Shown here piece after piece: positions 38,663-49,995 of a stretch of 64,000 nt of DNA. This DNA is from Octopus vulgaris (taxonomy: Eukaryota). Both the position numbers and the translations under genes were made by a program. Each line of letters begins with the position of its first letter. The stretch's first letter is position 1. The notes under the pieces are model-generated. The model saw only the letters and a list, made by a program, of their open reading frames with translations. It ran no database searches and was not told the DNA's origin. The DNA is taken from positions 44,206,001-44,270,000 of the forward strand of contig OX597830.1 in the NCBI GenBank assembly GCA_951406725.2, given 5' to 3'.

Positions 38663-39013
38663 TGTAGCGATGCTACTGTGTAGGGTTCAGCGCGCATGCG
38701 CAGAATGGGACTACTTCCGGGTGGCCACCGGAAGTCTTCCCCATGCGCATGTGCGGGAAACGATCCCTTCGGCCCGCTAAACTCAAATCACTCTCTCTGG
38801 CAAGTCAGCCAATGCGATCGGACGTACATTTCACAGGCTCTGAAAAACTCACCGACTTAGCCGTCAATGACCATCGAACCTCTTCAACAAAACGAACAAG
38901 AAGCTGTACATCAGAGGCTGTCCTTCTCCCATCAAACACACGTACGCCATCGCAATAAATAAACGAACTGCTGTCTTTTACCTACAACCTGACTTCGTCT
39001 GTATTGTCTTACA
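38663..39013 (+). promoter_or_regulatory. CpG-rich solo-LTR-like or promoter-like island
   Basis: NRF1-type GCGCATGCGC (38692) and TGCGCATGTGCG (38744), ETS-type ACTTCCGG/CCGGAAGT (38713, 38728), CCAAT (38809), AATAAA (38954), TGTA...TACA ends; no clear TSD. Confidence 0.6.
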
Positions 39014-39579
39014 AAAATTGTATGTGACTGGATCGGATCGACACCCTTTCAGTGAATCAATAACTCATCCTGTTACAAATGTAAATAAAGCACTGTGGGG
39101 ATTTTTATGGTGTTCTGGAGAAATTCTGAGGAATTGTCAGATAATATTTTCAGGGGAAGAAAGTTATTTTGGGCAATGTCACAGGCATCACAACACATTT
39201 TGTATCCTCTTCAAAATATCGCAGCTTACATTGCAAGTAAAACTTTTGCGTTTAATATTTGTCTGGGTAGTCAAACTTTACTGTGAAAAATTAATCAAAA
39301 CAATTCTTGTAAATGTTCAAGATATACCTTGGATATTTCATAATTTGTCTCTGGCTGTCATGTAGGCCATGCAAGAATGGCCCATTAGGGCTGGGAAGAT
39401 AATGGAGACGGAGCACTAAACTACATTTATTACAGTAATTATACTTTCCATTCATCAAAATTTGATAAAACAAAATTAATATTGAAGTCATGTCAATTCA
39501 GTCATCCTTACACCACAAATATAAAAGTGCTTTTCTTTTTGGTTTTGAGTACCAATTCCTTTACAACTAGAATACGTAC

Positions 39580-39712
39580 CGATTTGAAGATGAAATTACT
39601 TTCTCATACATGCTATTACTATCATATTTCTCTTTCTTTGATAAATAAGAGTCTGCCATCTCATCTTCCCAGTGAATCAGACGTTTCTCATCATTTTTGT
39701 CAAATTTTTCTC
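39580..39712 (-). CDS. TRPM: TRPM exon: (R)EKFDKNDEKRLIHWEDEMADSYLSKKEKYDSNSMYEKVISSSN
   Basis: ttccgtag / gtacgt; 133 nt, phase 1 to 2; LxxWE...Y rib-helix pattern. Confidence 0.88.
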
Positions 39713-40727
39713 CTACGGAAGAAAGATATAGAGAAAAATATATACAAGAGTTGTTATGGTCAACATACAAGATATTAATAGATAAAGAATGAAAAGTCTA
39801 ATAGCTGGACTGAAATGAAATGTCTGAAAATGCCAGATAACAAAACACTGTGTGAAAGTAAAGCAAGTGAGAAAAGAATAATGTAATTGTAATATCTTTG
39901 TGTTTCCTGCTCTTTTAAATACCATATTTAGTTGGTCAATGATGCAATGTACCTCTCTAGAATCTTAAAAGAGGATTTGTGGTTTTTTGGCCACAGCTTG
40001 AAAGGGCCCTCTGTTGCTCCAACATATTTTTGTGTATGTGTCCTTATGCTGTTGTTGCTGCTGTTGTTGCTGTCCTTTAGAAATGCCAGCTGAACAGTTT
40101 GTGACAACTGGTTGTTGTGATAAAGATTGACGCCAATGCTTCAGTTGCCAAGTTGGTACGAATTGATCAATTGAGGTGTTCATGTGTCAGGATTTGGTTG
40201 TGATTGATTCATGTGATAATAAATTGAAAGTGTTTATGTATATAAAGTTATAGATGGCATCTGGTTGTTAGACTTGTGTAAGTTCTAAGGTGACCTAGGT
40301 AAGCATCTGCCAAGATATTTATTTAGTAGCTATACCTGTGTCTACACACACACACACACAAACACATGTATCTTATCACTATCATCATCATCAACATCAT
40401 CGTTTTTAATGTCTGCTTTTCCATGCTTGTATGTGTTGAACAGAATTTGTTAAGTTAGATTTTCTGCTTATTTTTACTCAGTTGTATTACACAGTATAAT
40501 GTAAAACAAACTACCTCTTATGTCTAAATCACTATCATCTGCTTTGAGACACCATGTATTCCCTACATTTTTCTTGCATGCATGATTAATATTTATTACT
40601 CATGTGAACACAAATTACTTCTGTGTTGTAACCAAAAGCCGTTTTTATATTCTTTATTTTGTAATATTATGTATAGTAATATATTTCCTTTGAGTGACAA
40701 TATGTTCTCTGTAACAATCTAGCTACT

Positions 40728-40792
40728 CATGGCTTGACATACCTCCAATGGAATTGCTGCTGAATTTAGTTCCATTAAGATGTATTTATTTC

Positions 40793-40836
<44 letters not shown>

Positions 40837-41572
40837 CATATTTCATGTTACTTCAGTTTTTGGAGTCATTATTTATGCCTCCATTAGAATTGCTGTTGAA
40901 TTTAGTTCCAGTGAGATGTATTTATTTCTATGAATAATAATAATAATCGTCCAACCCATGCTAGCATGGAAAACGGATGTTAAACAATGATGATGATGAT
41001 GATGATGAATAACAACATGTGTCATGATAGGTGTAGGAGTGGCTGTGTGGTAAGTAACTTGCTTACGAACTACATGGTTCTGGGTTCAGTCCCACTGCGT
41101 GGCACCTTGGGCAAGTTGCTTCTACTATAGCCTCGGGCCGACCAAAGCCTTGTGAGTGGATTTGGTAGGCAGAAACTGAAAGAAGCCCGCTATATATATG
41201 TATGTGTGTGTGTATGTTTGTGTGTCTGTCTTTGTCCCCCCAACATCGCTTGACAACTGATGCTGGTGTGTTTATGTCCCCGTAACTTAGAGGTTCAGCA
41301 AAAGAGACCGATAGAATAAGTACTGGGCTTACAAAGAATAAGTCCTGGGGTCGATTTGCTCAACTAACGGTGGTGTTCCAGCATGGCCACAGTCAAATGA
41401 CTGAAACAAGTAAAAGAGTATGACACTTAAGTTTTTGGAGTCATTATTTATGCCTCCATTAGAATTGCTGTTGGATTTAGTTCTGTTAAGATGCATTTAT
41501 TTCTCTGAATAATAATAATAATAATGAAAAAAGCATATTTCATGATACTTAAGTTTTTGCAGTCATTATTTG
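40728..41572. repeat. About 110-bp tandem repeat with internal (AAT)n, 3-4 units, interrupted by SINEs
   Basis: gtttttggagtcattatttatgcctccattagaattgctgttgRatttagttc...gatgYatttatttct recurs at about 40740 (partial), 40856, 41431 and 41552 (partial). Confidence 0.8.
41030..41420 (+). mobile_element. SINE family A, near-consensus full-length copy
   Basis: Complete tRNA-like head, gcaccttgggcaagt core, (TG)n and aaacaagtaaaagagt tail. Confidence 0.9.
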
Positions 41573-42203
41573 CAGCTTTGGTATGGAACTCATAACAGCC
41601 TTTCATATCTATTCACCATTACCTGGTTGCAAAAATTCTACATGTTTATATCTGATTAGTGGTGAAATAATATGAAATATACACTTTCTTGGTTATGAAG
41701 ACGAGTGTTCTAGTCACTGGAATAGCCTGTTCATGAAATGAATATACAAGTGGCTGAGTACTGCACAGACATACTTACTCTTCATGTATTTCTCAGGGAG
41801 ATTCAGCATGAAACAGAATGTGACAAAGCTGGTTTCTATAAAACACAAATACAACTCATTTTTGCTAGCTGAGCAACCTGGGGCTATGTGAAATAGTCTT
41901 GCTCAAGGACTCAGTGTGCTGCCAGGAATTGAACTCATGACCATGTGATCATGAACTGAATACCCTGACCACTGAGCCATACACCTCCAAGGATGGGAAA
42001 TATGTCAACATCAAAAAATGTCTCAAATAATAGGTCATTTTGAAAAATTCAAATGGTCATGTGGTAAGAAGCTTGCTTCCCAACCACATGGTTCCAGGTT
42101 CAGTCCTACTCTGTGGCACCTTGGGCAAGTGTCTTCTATTATAGCCTTGAACCGACCAAAGCCTCGCAAGTGGATTTGGCAGATGGAAACTGAAAGAAGC
42201 CTG

Positions 42204-42261
<58 letters not shown>

Positions 42262-42789
42262 GTAAGCATGTATATGTTTGTGTGTGTGTCTGTGTCTGTC
42301 CTCCCACCATTGCTTGACAACCGATGTTGGTTTGTTTACATTCCCGTAACTCAGCAGTTCAGCAAAAAAGACTGATAGAATAAGTACTAGTCTTACAAAG
42401 TTCTGGGGGCAATTTATTCAACTAAAGGTGGTGCTCCAGCATGGCCACAGTCAAATGACAAACAAAAAAACAATATATGTGTATGTGTATATACATATAT
42501 ATATATCCAACCTATGCTAGCATGAAAAGCAGACGTTGAAAGATGATGATGATGATGTGTGTGTGTTTGTCCCTTCACCATCACTTGACAACCGATGTTG
42601 GTGAGTTTATGACCCCTGTAACTCAGTGGGTTCAGCAAAAGAGACCAATAGATGAAGTACTACGCTTACAAAGAATAAGTCTTGGGGTCAATTTGTTCGA
42701 CTAAATGGCATGGCTACAACAAATGACTGAAACAAGTAAAAGAATAACAATAAGAATATAGGAAAAAAAAACCAAAAAACAATACTTAC

Positions 42790-42980
42790 TAAATCCAGAT
42801 TTTTTCTTGTATGGTAAATGTCTTTTTTTTTTGTAAAGGTACCGAAAAAGGAGATAGATGTTATTCAAGAGAATGAGTGGAGGGGGAAGAGGGGGTCGAG
42901 TGTAAAACTCAAAGATCAGGCTGTATCTTTGGAAGTGCCAGTGAAGGTCTGTATTTACCTGCACATTTTGGAATGTGCAG
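42790..42980 (-). CDS. TRPM: TRPM exon (TRP domain): (S)CTFQNVQVNTDLHWHFQRYSLIFEFYTRPPLPPPLILLNNIYLLFRYLYKKKRHLPYKKKSGF
   Basis: acatatcag / gtaagt; 191 nt, phase 2 to 1. Confidence 0.95.
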
Positions 42981-43543
42981 CTGATATGTAAAAAAGAACC
43001 AAAAAGAAAAGAAACAATATATATTAAAATAAATATTGGGTTTTGTTATGTTTAGAAAAATTTCTCTACATATACATCACTACATCAGCATTATCATCAT
43101 CCTCATCATAATCGTCATCATAATTATCGCTCTCATAAACATTGCCGTCAATATTATTATCATCATCATCCTCATCACTACCATAATCATATCCATCCTC
43201 CTCCTCATCCTCATCATCATCATCACCATCATGCATTTATATACATCACAGCTATTAGAGAAAAGAACATTTATACATATGCATGTTTTCACACACACAC
43301 TCACATAGACATGCATACACACACTCACATGCACACATGCACACATGCATACACTCATACATGCACACAGACATGCACACATTCACACACACATACACTT
43401 ACACACAGACATGCACACATGTACACATGCATACACTCATACACATGCATACACTCGTACATGCACACACAGACATGGTCACATTCATACACACACATAC
43501 ACATGCACACACACACACACGCGCATAAAGTTAAAGTTCTCAC

Positions 43544-43673
43544 CTGAACATGGCAATGAGTAAATTGAGAAGAAGAATATTCGTTAGCAAAATATATAAA
43601 CACATCAAAATTGGTGCGATGTATGTACCAATTGTTGAGGGACATTTGCCAGATATATTATTACAATTAGTTT
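43544..43673 (-). CDS. TRPM: TRPM exon (outer pore loop and S6): (E)TNCNNISGKCPSTIGTYIAPILMCLYILLTNILLLNLLIAMF
   Basis: gtgtttcag / gtgaga; 130 nt, phase 1 to 2. Confidence 0.95.
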
Positions 43674-43823
43674 CTGAAACACAAGAAATATACAAAAATC
43701 AAGAATCATTTCAGCAATTGCAGTAATGGGTGCAATATGATCTTAAACTCGTATCTAAGGATTATTTCCCCACTTAAACTAGCAAGGTGAATGTGCAAGC
43801 TGCTTCTGATCTTGTTTGTTGTT

Positions 43824-43869
43824 AACAGAACATTTCAGCTGATATACTCTCCAGCCTTCATCAGGTGTC
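43824..43869 (-). ncRNA. Minimal type-I hammerhead motif (family 1), inverted copy
   Basis: GACAC-CUGAUGA-A-GGCUG(gagaguauau)CAGCU-GAAA-UGUU-CUGUU. Confidence 0.6.
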
Positions 43870-44086
43870 CTGGGGAAATTTCAAACCTGGGTTCTCATTC
43901 GTAAGGTATTTTTCAATGTTATTATCATTATTGCCCACGGGCATATGGCATAGTGGTTAAAAGCGTGGCCTACTAACCACAAGATTCTGAGTTCAATTCA
44001 ATGCAGTGACCTGAATAATAATAATAATAATAATAATATCAGAAAAATACCTTAGGAATGAGAACCCAGGTTCAAAATTTCCCCAA

Positions 44087-44132
44087 GACACCTGATGAAG
44101 GCTGGAGGATATATCAGCTGAAATGTTGTGTA
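44087..44132 (+). ncRNA. Minimal type-I hammerhead motif (family 1)
   Basis: GACAC-CUGAUGA-A-GGCUG(gaggauauau)CAGCU-GAAA-UGUU-GUGUA; stem I ACAC/GUGU. Confidence 0.65.
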
Positions 44133-45435
44133 AACAATAAACAAGATGTAAATCTTTAGTTAGTTGATTACACAACCATGGATGTTGCTCCAAAGATTAA
44201 TTGCAATTACTTTCTTGACAGAGCCTTGTGACCTTGACCTTTGATCTTCTAAGATTCCTCTGCTCAGCATCAATGTAAGAAGTACAATGGCTCAGCTGAT
44301 CTCTTCCCCTGTCTCTTCAAGATCCACCATGCTGCAGTCCCATGGCTTCACTGTATCCCTGGCTGGGTGGCTGAGTGGATATTATGCTTTGCCAAAGGGC
44401 AGTCTGTCACTATGCAGGACATGGTCATGGCTCCATGAGGTATTTTCAAAATACCAGCATACCTAATAATTGGTTATATCCTCCACCAAATTCCAGGCCT
44501 TCTACCTATATCAAAAGTCAAATATTAGACTTATGGATTTGATTGAGACATATTGGCTAATTTCTTCTTGGTTTCTTTGTGATCTTTTTTTTTTCTGTTG
44601 GAAAATGGAGAGGATTTTGCAATTCTTTTATCTTTTGTTTTTTACTTGTTTCAGTCATTTGACTGTGGCCATGCTGGGGCACTTTGAAGTGGGGTTTTAG
44701 CCAAACAAATTGACTTTAGTACTTATTTAAGTCTGGTACCTACCATATTGGTCTCTTTTGATGAACTGTTAACTTACTAGGATGTAAACAAACCAACACC
44801 AGTTGTCAAGAGGTGGGTGGGTTGGTGGGTGGGTGAGAACAATCACACACGATAAGTTTTTTTCAGTCCACCAACTTCACTAACAAGGCATCTGTTGGCC
44901 AGGGCTATAGTAGAAGACACTTGCCCCAAAGCATGTGGTTGCAAGGTGAATATCTTAAAGTATCAGAAATAGCTCAGAATTGCTGAAGCATGACATAAAC
45001 TACCCACATCATTTGTTAGCTGTCAGGACACTACATCCTTCAAAACTTCCATGCTCTCAGAAATTCACTAACTCTACACCTGATGCCATCCCTCTCACCC
45101 AACTTTTTGTTTTTTTTAATCTCTCATTCACTGTTCCCTTTCTCTGTATTATTCTATATGCATTGTTCATGCACCTTTTGGTTACCTTTTTTGATATGTT
45201 GCAGTGCAACTGAGCTATGTATATATTGAGTTCATTATTATCACAGAAAGATATTGAATCTTGTAAGATTTCAGCTGAGAATGTAAAAGGTCAAAACTGA
45301 ATATTTTAAAGTCAAATTTATTCTGTTCTTAAAAATAGAAAATGTATTTTCTGTGAGGAAACACTTGCAAAATTTTTCATGAGAAGGAAAGTATTCAGTT
45401 GAATTTATTTCAGTTTATAATGAGAATTTATTTCA

Positions 45436-45665
45436 TTAACCCTTTCATTATCATATTTCTGTTGAGATGCTCTGTGTTTCTTTCAATTAATTTTAAATAT
45501 AACAAAGAATTTAGTAAAATAACTTAGTTATCATTAAGCTAGTGTTAGGAACATAAATTGTGACTAAGGTTTGGGGGAAGATTTTAATTCAAAACTTATG
45601 AAAAGGAGACATTTGTACTACAGAACCAGAGGTAGTTTCAGTTGGGTTGGTATCAAAAGGGTTAA
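45436..45665. mobile_element. piggyBac-type MITE
   Basis: TTAACCCTTT...AAAGGGTTAA; same family as 6870. Confidence 0.85.
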
Positions 45666-45737
45666 TGTTGTAGGAATGAAAATAATGTGGAAGCTGAGAA
45701 AAAGTGAATGAAAAATAGAAAATAAATCATTAATTAC

Positions 45738-45912
45738 CATCATATTCTTCAAGAAAAAGTTCTCCGTACATCTGAAAATATGCTTTTTTAAAAACTCCTC
45801 TAAATAGATCATATGACATTGGTGTGCTTGGATGGAGAATTGACTGGGTGGCAATACCATAGGCAACCATGAAAACAAACAGGATCATGAAGAAATATCC
45901 AAGGTCTTGCAT
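45738..45912 (-). CDS. TRPM: TRPM exon (S5, pore helix, filter): MQDLGYFFMILFVFMVAYGIATQSILHPSTPMSYDLFRGVFKKAYFQMYGELFLEEYD
   Basis: atcttcag / gtaatt; 175 nt, phase 0 to 1. Confidence 0.95.
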
Positions 45913-46426
45913 CTGAAGATAAATATTATTAGCGAGGAAAATAACAATCATTATGTTAATATAATTAATATAGATAACATTATGATATGATAATTAACCA
46001 TTCAGTATTAAAAAAATTTTCAGACTTTTTAATATCCAAGTCAGATCCCAAACCTGGATATCTTTTAGGGGGCTGCTTCAGAAAAAGTAAAACATAAGAT
46101 GAGTAAAGAAAATTTTTTTTCATGTTTGAGAGGAAAGACCTTTGGGGTCACCAGAAAGATATTTAAAGCCACATGCTCCCTGGGAGCTGTGGTTGAGAAC
46201 TGCTGGGCTAAACTCGAGAACAGAAAAGTAACCTCTATTTTTCTAAGATTAACTAATGAATAGATATAAAAAAAAAGCAATCAATTTGTATTGACTGTAA
46301 AATCTTCAATATTTTTCTACATTTCTACAAAAAAAAAAAGAAAAGAAAGAAAATATGGCTCTTTTACTGAAGAAAAGATTTTGCATGATTCATAAGAGAA
46401 CAGTGAAGAAAAGGATTCATACTAAC

Positions 46427-46672
46427 CATTTTCTTAATCATTACAAGCTTTGGACCAAGTTCTTGGTGAATGGAAAACATATGAAGAACACGGAAGTAAA
46501 AGGAAATCAAATTTAAACTGAGCACCACTCTGGCAGTATCAGAATAGTGCAGGTGGCGAAGAATGATTCCAATGATGAACAAGATGATTGTTATAACATC
46601 AACTATGTTCCAAATATCGGAGATGTAATTAACAAGTTTTATCCAAAGAGATGGAGAACTTTTGGTTAACAT
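46427..46672 (-). CDS. TRPM: TRPM exon (S3-S4 and linker): MLTKSSPSLWIKLVNYISDIWNIVDVITIILFIIGIILRHLHYSDTARVVLSLNLISFYFRVLHMFSIHQELGPKLVMIKKM
   Basis: ttatttcag / gttagt; 246 nt, phase 0 to 0. Confidence 0.95.
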
Positions 46673-47008
46673 CTGAAATAAAAACGAAAAATGGAATAAA
46701 ACAACTGTCTATACATTACATAAAATATACACATTGTATAATACTAAATATCTTAGGGAGATTATGTGTACATTTTATATAAATCAGTTATGTGTACATT
46801 ATTCTTTTATTTGTTTGTCATTTGACTGTGGCCTTGCTGGAGCACTGCCTTTAGTTAAGCAAATCGACCCCAGGACTTATTCTTTGTAAGCCTGTACTTA
46901 TTTTATCAGCCTCTTTTGCCAAACTGCTAAGTTACAGTGATGTAAACACACCAATATTAGTTGTCAGATGATGGTGGGGGGACAAATACAGACATACAAA
47001 CATATACA

Positions 47009-47056
<48 letters not shown>

Positions 47057-47068
47057 CATATATATATA

Positions 47069-47108
<40 letters not shown>

Positions 47109-47687
47109 ATCAGCAAAATTTAGATTCAGATGAATATGGTACTTAAGTCAAAGGCACCAGAATTTTGCACGGTATTATCCATATAAGTTAAATGGGGTGA
47201 TTATAATCAAAATAAGCAACAAGTATATCCGAAGTAGAGTAGTACAATTGTTTCATGCTACTTCATTTTATTAAACACTGTAAGTATTACATCAGTTTTA
47301 AAATGTTGAGCAATCTTCAGCCACTTATAGAATTTTCCAATCTAATGGACAATGCACATTCTTATCTCTATTTCATTTGCCAACATTATGAAGAGGGTAG
47401 ATATATCGACAGAGAGGTTGATTTCATTCTTAAGAACATGATAGTGGCAAATTCACTCTCTGACTGTAGATTTTATCAGTTAGTTTACTTTGTTATTTAG
47501 ATCTGTCAGTGGGGAGGGGGATTTTATTTTTGGTTGGATGGAGACAAAGAATTCTTTGAACAGACCTGAGAGATGAAGACAACACTTGTTGCAAGAGAAC
47601 TAAACAGACACAATATCCACATTGCCAAGATGCACGCACGCATGCACACATGCACGCACACATGCATGCACACGTGCACACACACAT

Positions 47688-47724
<37 letters not shown>

Positions 47725-49659
47725 AAGGGGTCTCATCCATAGAAGTCCTTACAATGTGTCTGGTGGAAATATGAATGGCATTGTCCACAATAAGGTTTTG
47801 AGACAAGGAAAGGCCATTACTCATCATCATCATTGTTAAATGTTCTCCTTCCATGCTGGTATGGATTGGACAGTTTGACAGGAGCTGGCCAGCACCATGT
47901 TTCTGCATCTGTTTTGGCATGGTTTTTATGGCTGTATGCCATTCCTAATGCTAACATTTATTGCCAGAAATCTGAATGCACAAAGGAAGCATTGTGTCAA
48001 AGGTGGCCAATTTGATGAACAGAAGGGTGTGTCATTCTTCAGAATGGCAATACAAGGACTCACTCAGCAAAACAAACTCAGGAAAAGATAAGATTCTTAG
48101 GATGGGAAGCTCTTCCACATCCTTCATACTTACCAGATTTAGTACCAATGGATTATAGGATTATCACTTGTTTTCATTGCCAAAACATTTTAAAGGTTGC
48201 AAAATATTCAGAAACAAATAAGGCAGATTCCACATTTAAATGTGGAATCTCAAAGAAATTTTTTAAGGAATTGAAGATTTTGCCTCTTTGATGTTTGAGA
48301 AACAGAAATTGATAAAATAAAGAACCACAGTGAAATGAGTATTACTTCACTGTCATCAAGTTGTAAGAAAGCAAAAAAAAAAAAAAAGTTGATTACAATA
48401 CCCAGCAAAACTGGATGAAAGCAGTAAAAGAATATATATATATATATTAAAAATGGGGATAGTCGGTTTATAGGATATTTTTAAGAGGCCTAGGACCAAC
48501 AGATTTTGGGATTTGATGATACACCATAAAGCTAAAACCTTCATGGCTGGGAAACCTAAGGTAATTCCATAAACCAGCCTTCCCCATCATCATCATCATC
48601 GTTTAATGTCCGCTTTCCATGCTGGCATAGGTTGGACAGTTTGACTGAGGACTGGCGAGCCAGAAGGCTGCACCAGGCTCCAATCTGATCTGGCAAAGTT
48701 TCTACACCTTCCTAACACCAACCACTCTGAGTGTAGTGGGTGCTTTTACATGCCACTGGCATAAGGGCCAGTCAGGCCCAACATAGCAACGACTTGCTCA
48801 AAAGGTGTTTTTTATGTGCTGCCTGTATGGGAGCCAGTCCGGTGGCACTGGCAATGACCATGCTCTATTGTTGTTTTTCATGTGCCACCGGCACATATGC
48901 TGGTATGGCAACGCTTGCAACAATCATGCTCAAATGGTGCTTTTTACGTGTCACCGGCATGGAAGCCAATCCATGGCCCTGGCAAAGATCACGCTCAGAT
49001 GTGCTTTTAATGTTCAACTGGTATGAGTGCCAATCAGACGGTACTGTCATCAGGTGTGTCAGTGATTTTGATTTCACTTGCCTCAATAGATCTTTGCAAG
49101 AAAAGTTTATTGTCCAATGAATGAGGGGTACTCGTAATTTTTAATACATACTGCCCTATATCTTAGTTGTATTTCTTCTTTCGGATTTTTGTTTTTTACA
49201 GATGATATATGTGTGTGTGTGTGTGTGTTTGTTATTTTTGATGGAAGCAGCATTAATTCAAAATAGCATTCTGTATATCTTACTTAATGTGGATATACTG
49301 TAGAAAGAAAACTACAAAATTCACTTTGAGAAAATATCTCATCCAGTTGTATAGTGCTAAAAAGTACAGAAGAATATCAGCAGCAGAAAAAAAGTATCAA
49401 GCAGCAAAGGTTAAAATTGTTGAATCTGGATTTCTGCTTCTTTGAGCATCATCAGTGGCAAATATCCACTGGCAGCTGCATGCTTAGACAAATTTCATCT
49501 CTACGGATATTGAAAAACATTAATTAGCAAATCACTTGTGTCACAAATTGGTGACAGGCTTAAAAATTCATTTTTGGTGACAAAAGTAGTATTAGTTCAG
49601 AATAGTATTTTGTATGTATTACTAAATATAGATGTACAGTAGAAAGCCACCATACTCCA

Positions 49660-49995
49660 CTGTTCCTCTGTTAGATTGTGGAAATCTTCAAAATGTAACA
49701 ACCAGTATAGCCTGGTGTTTGGGAACATAACTGTGGCCAGCCAAGCCCACCCTGCATTGAGCAACAATAGCAGAGAGTGTGAAATGTGTCCATAAGTCTC
49801 CTCTTTGAGCTTGTGATAACACCATGAGATGTTTGCAGCCTGCATGAGAAACCTAGTGTGTTTGTCATCAAAGTGATTTGGTAGTTCTTTCTTCATTGCT
49901 GAAGTTTCAGCTCTACAGACAAGCATGTGCTCTACACATGCCCTGAAGAAGGTCAGTGTTGCTGACTTTGGAATGCTTGACTACCAGATGTTATG
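49660..49995 (-). mobile_element. Degenerate RTE/RTE-X-like LINE C-terminal fragment
   Basis: IW*SSIPKSATLTFFRACVEHMLVCRAETSAMKKELPNHFDDKHTRFLMQAANISW..., resembling FFRAxVESVLLYGSETW...TRxLRxAxNISW. Confidence 0.7.

Larger units (their letters stand above)
43809..44148. mobile_element. tRNA-headed element with hammerhead-bearing tail and an inverted tail copy
   Basis: Head 43939-44013 (A-box tggcatagtgg, B-box gagttcaattc), (AAT)n, tail to 44148; reverse complement of the tail at 43809-43932. Confidence 0.8.
34002..46672 (-). other. TRPM: Gene span: TRPM-family cation channel (TRPM2-like transmembrane region), 5'-partial; 7 coding exons, 1125 nt, 374 aa plus stop
   Basis: Phase-consistent GT-AG exons encode DxWNxxD (S3), LGPKLxMIxKM (S4-S5 linker), YFQMYGELFLEE (pore), NILLLNLLIAMF (S6), WHFQRY...RPPLPPPLI (TRP box) and a coiled coil. 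Confidence 0.93.

Noticed and set aside
43939-44013. tRNA gene (likewise the heads at 4170, 12639 and 41030)
   Set aside because: A and B boxes are present but the acceptor and T stems do not pair, and each continues into a repeat body; these are SINE heads.
47225-47290. GAAACAAUUGUA palindrome resembling hammerhead stem III (minus strand)
   Set aside because: No CUGANGA core or stem II upstream.
48739-49024. CRISPR-like repeat-spacer array (also 21801-22016 and 12240-12565)
   Set aside because: Spacers are homologous to each other, repeats are degenerate, the arrays lie inside a eukaryotic SINE, and there are no cas genes.
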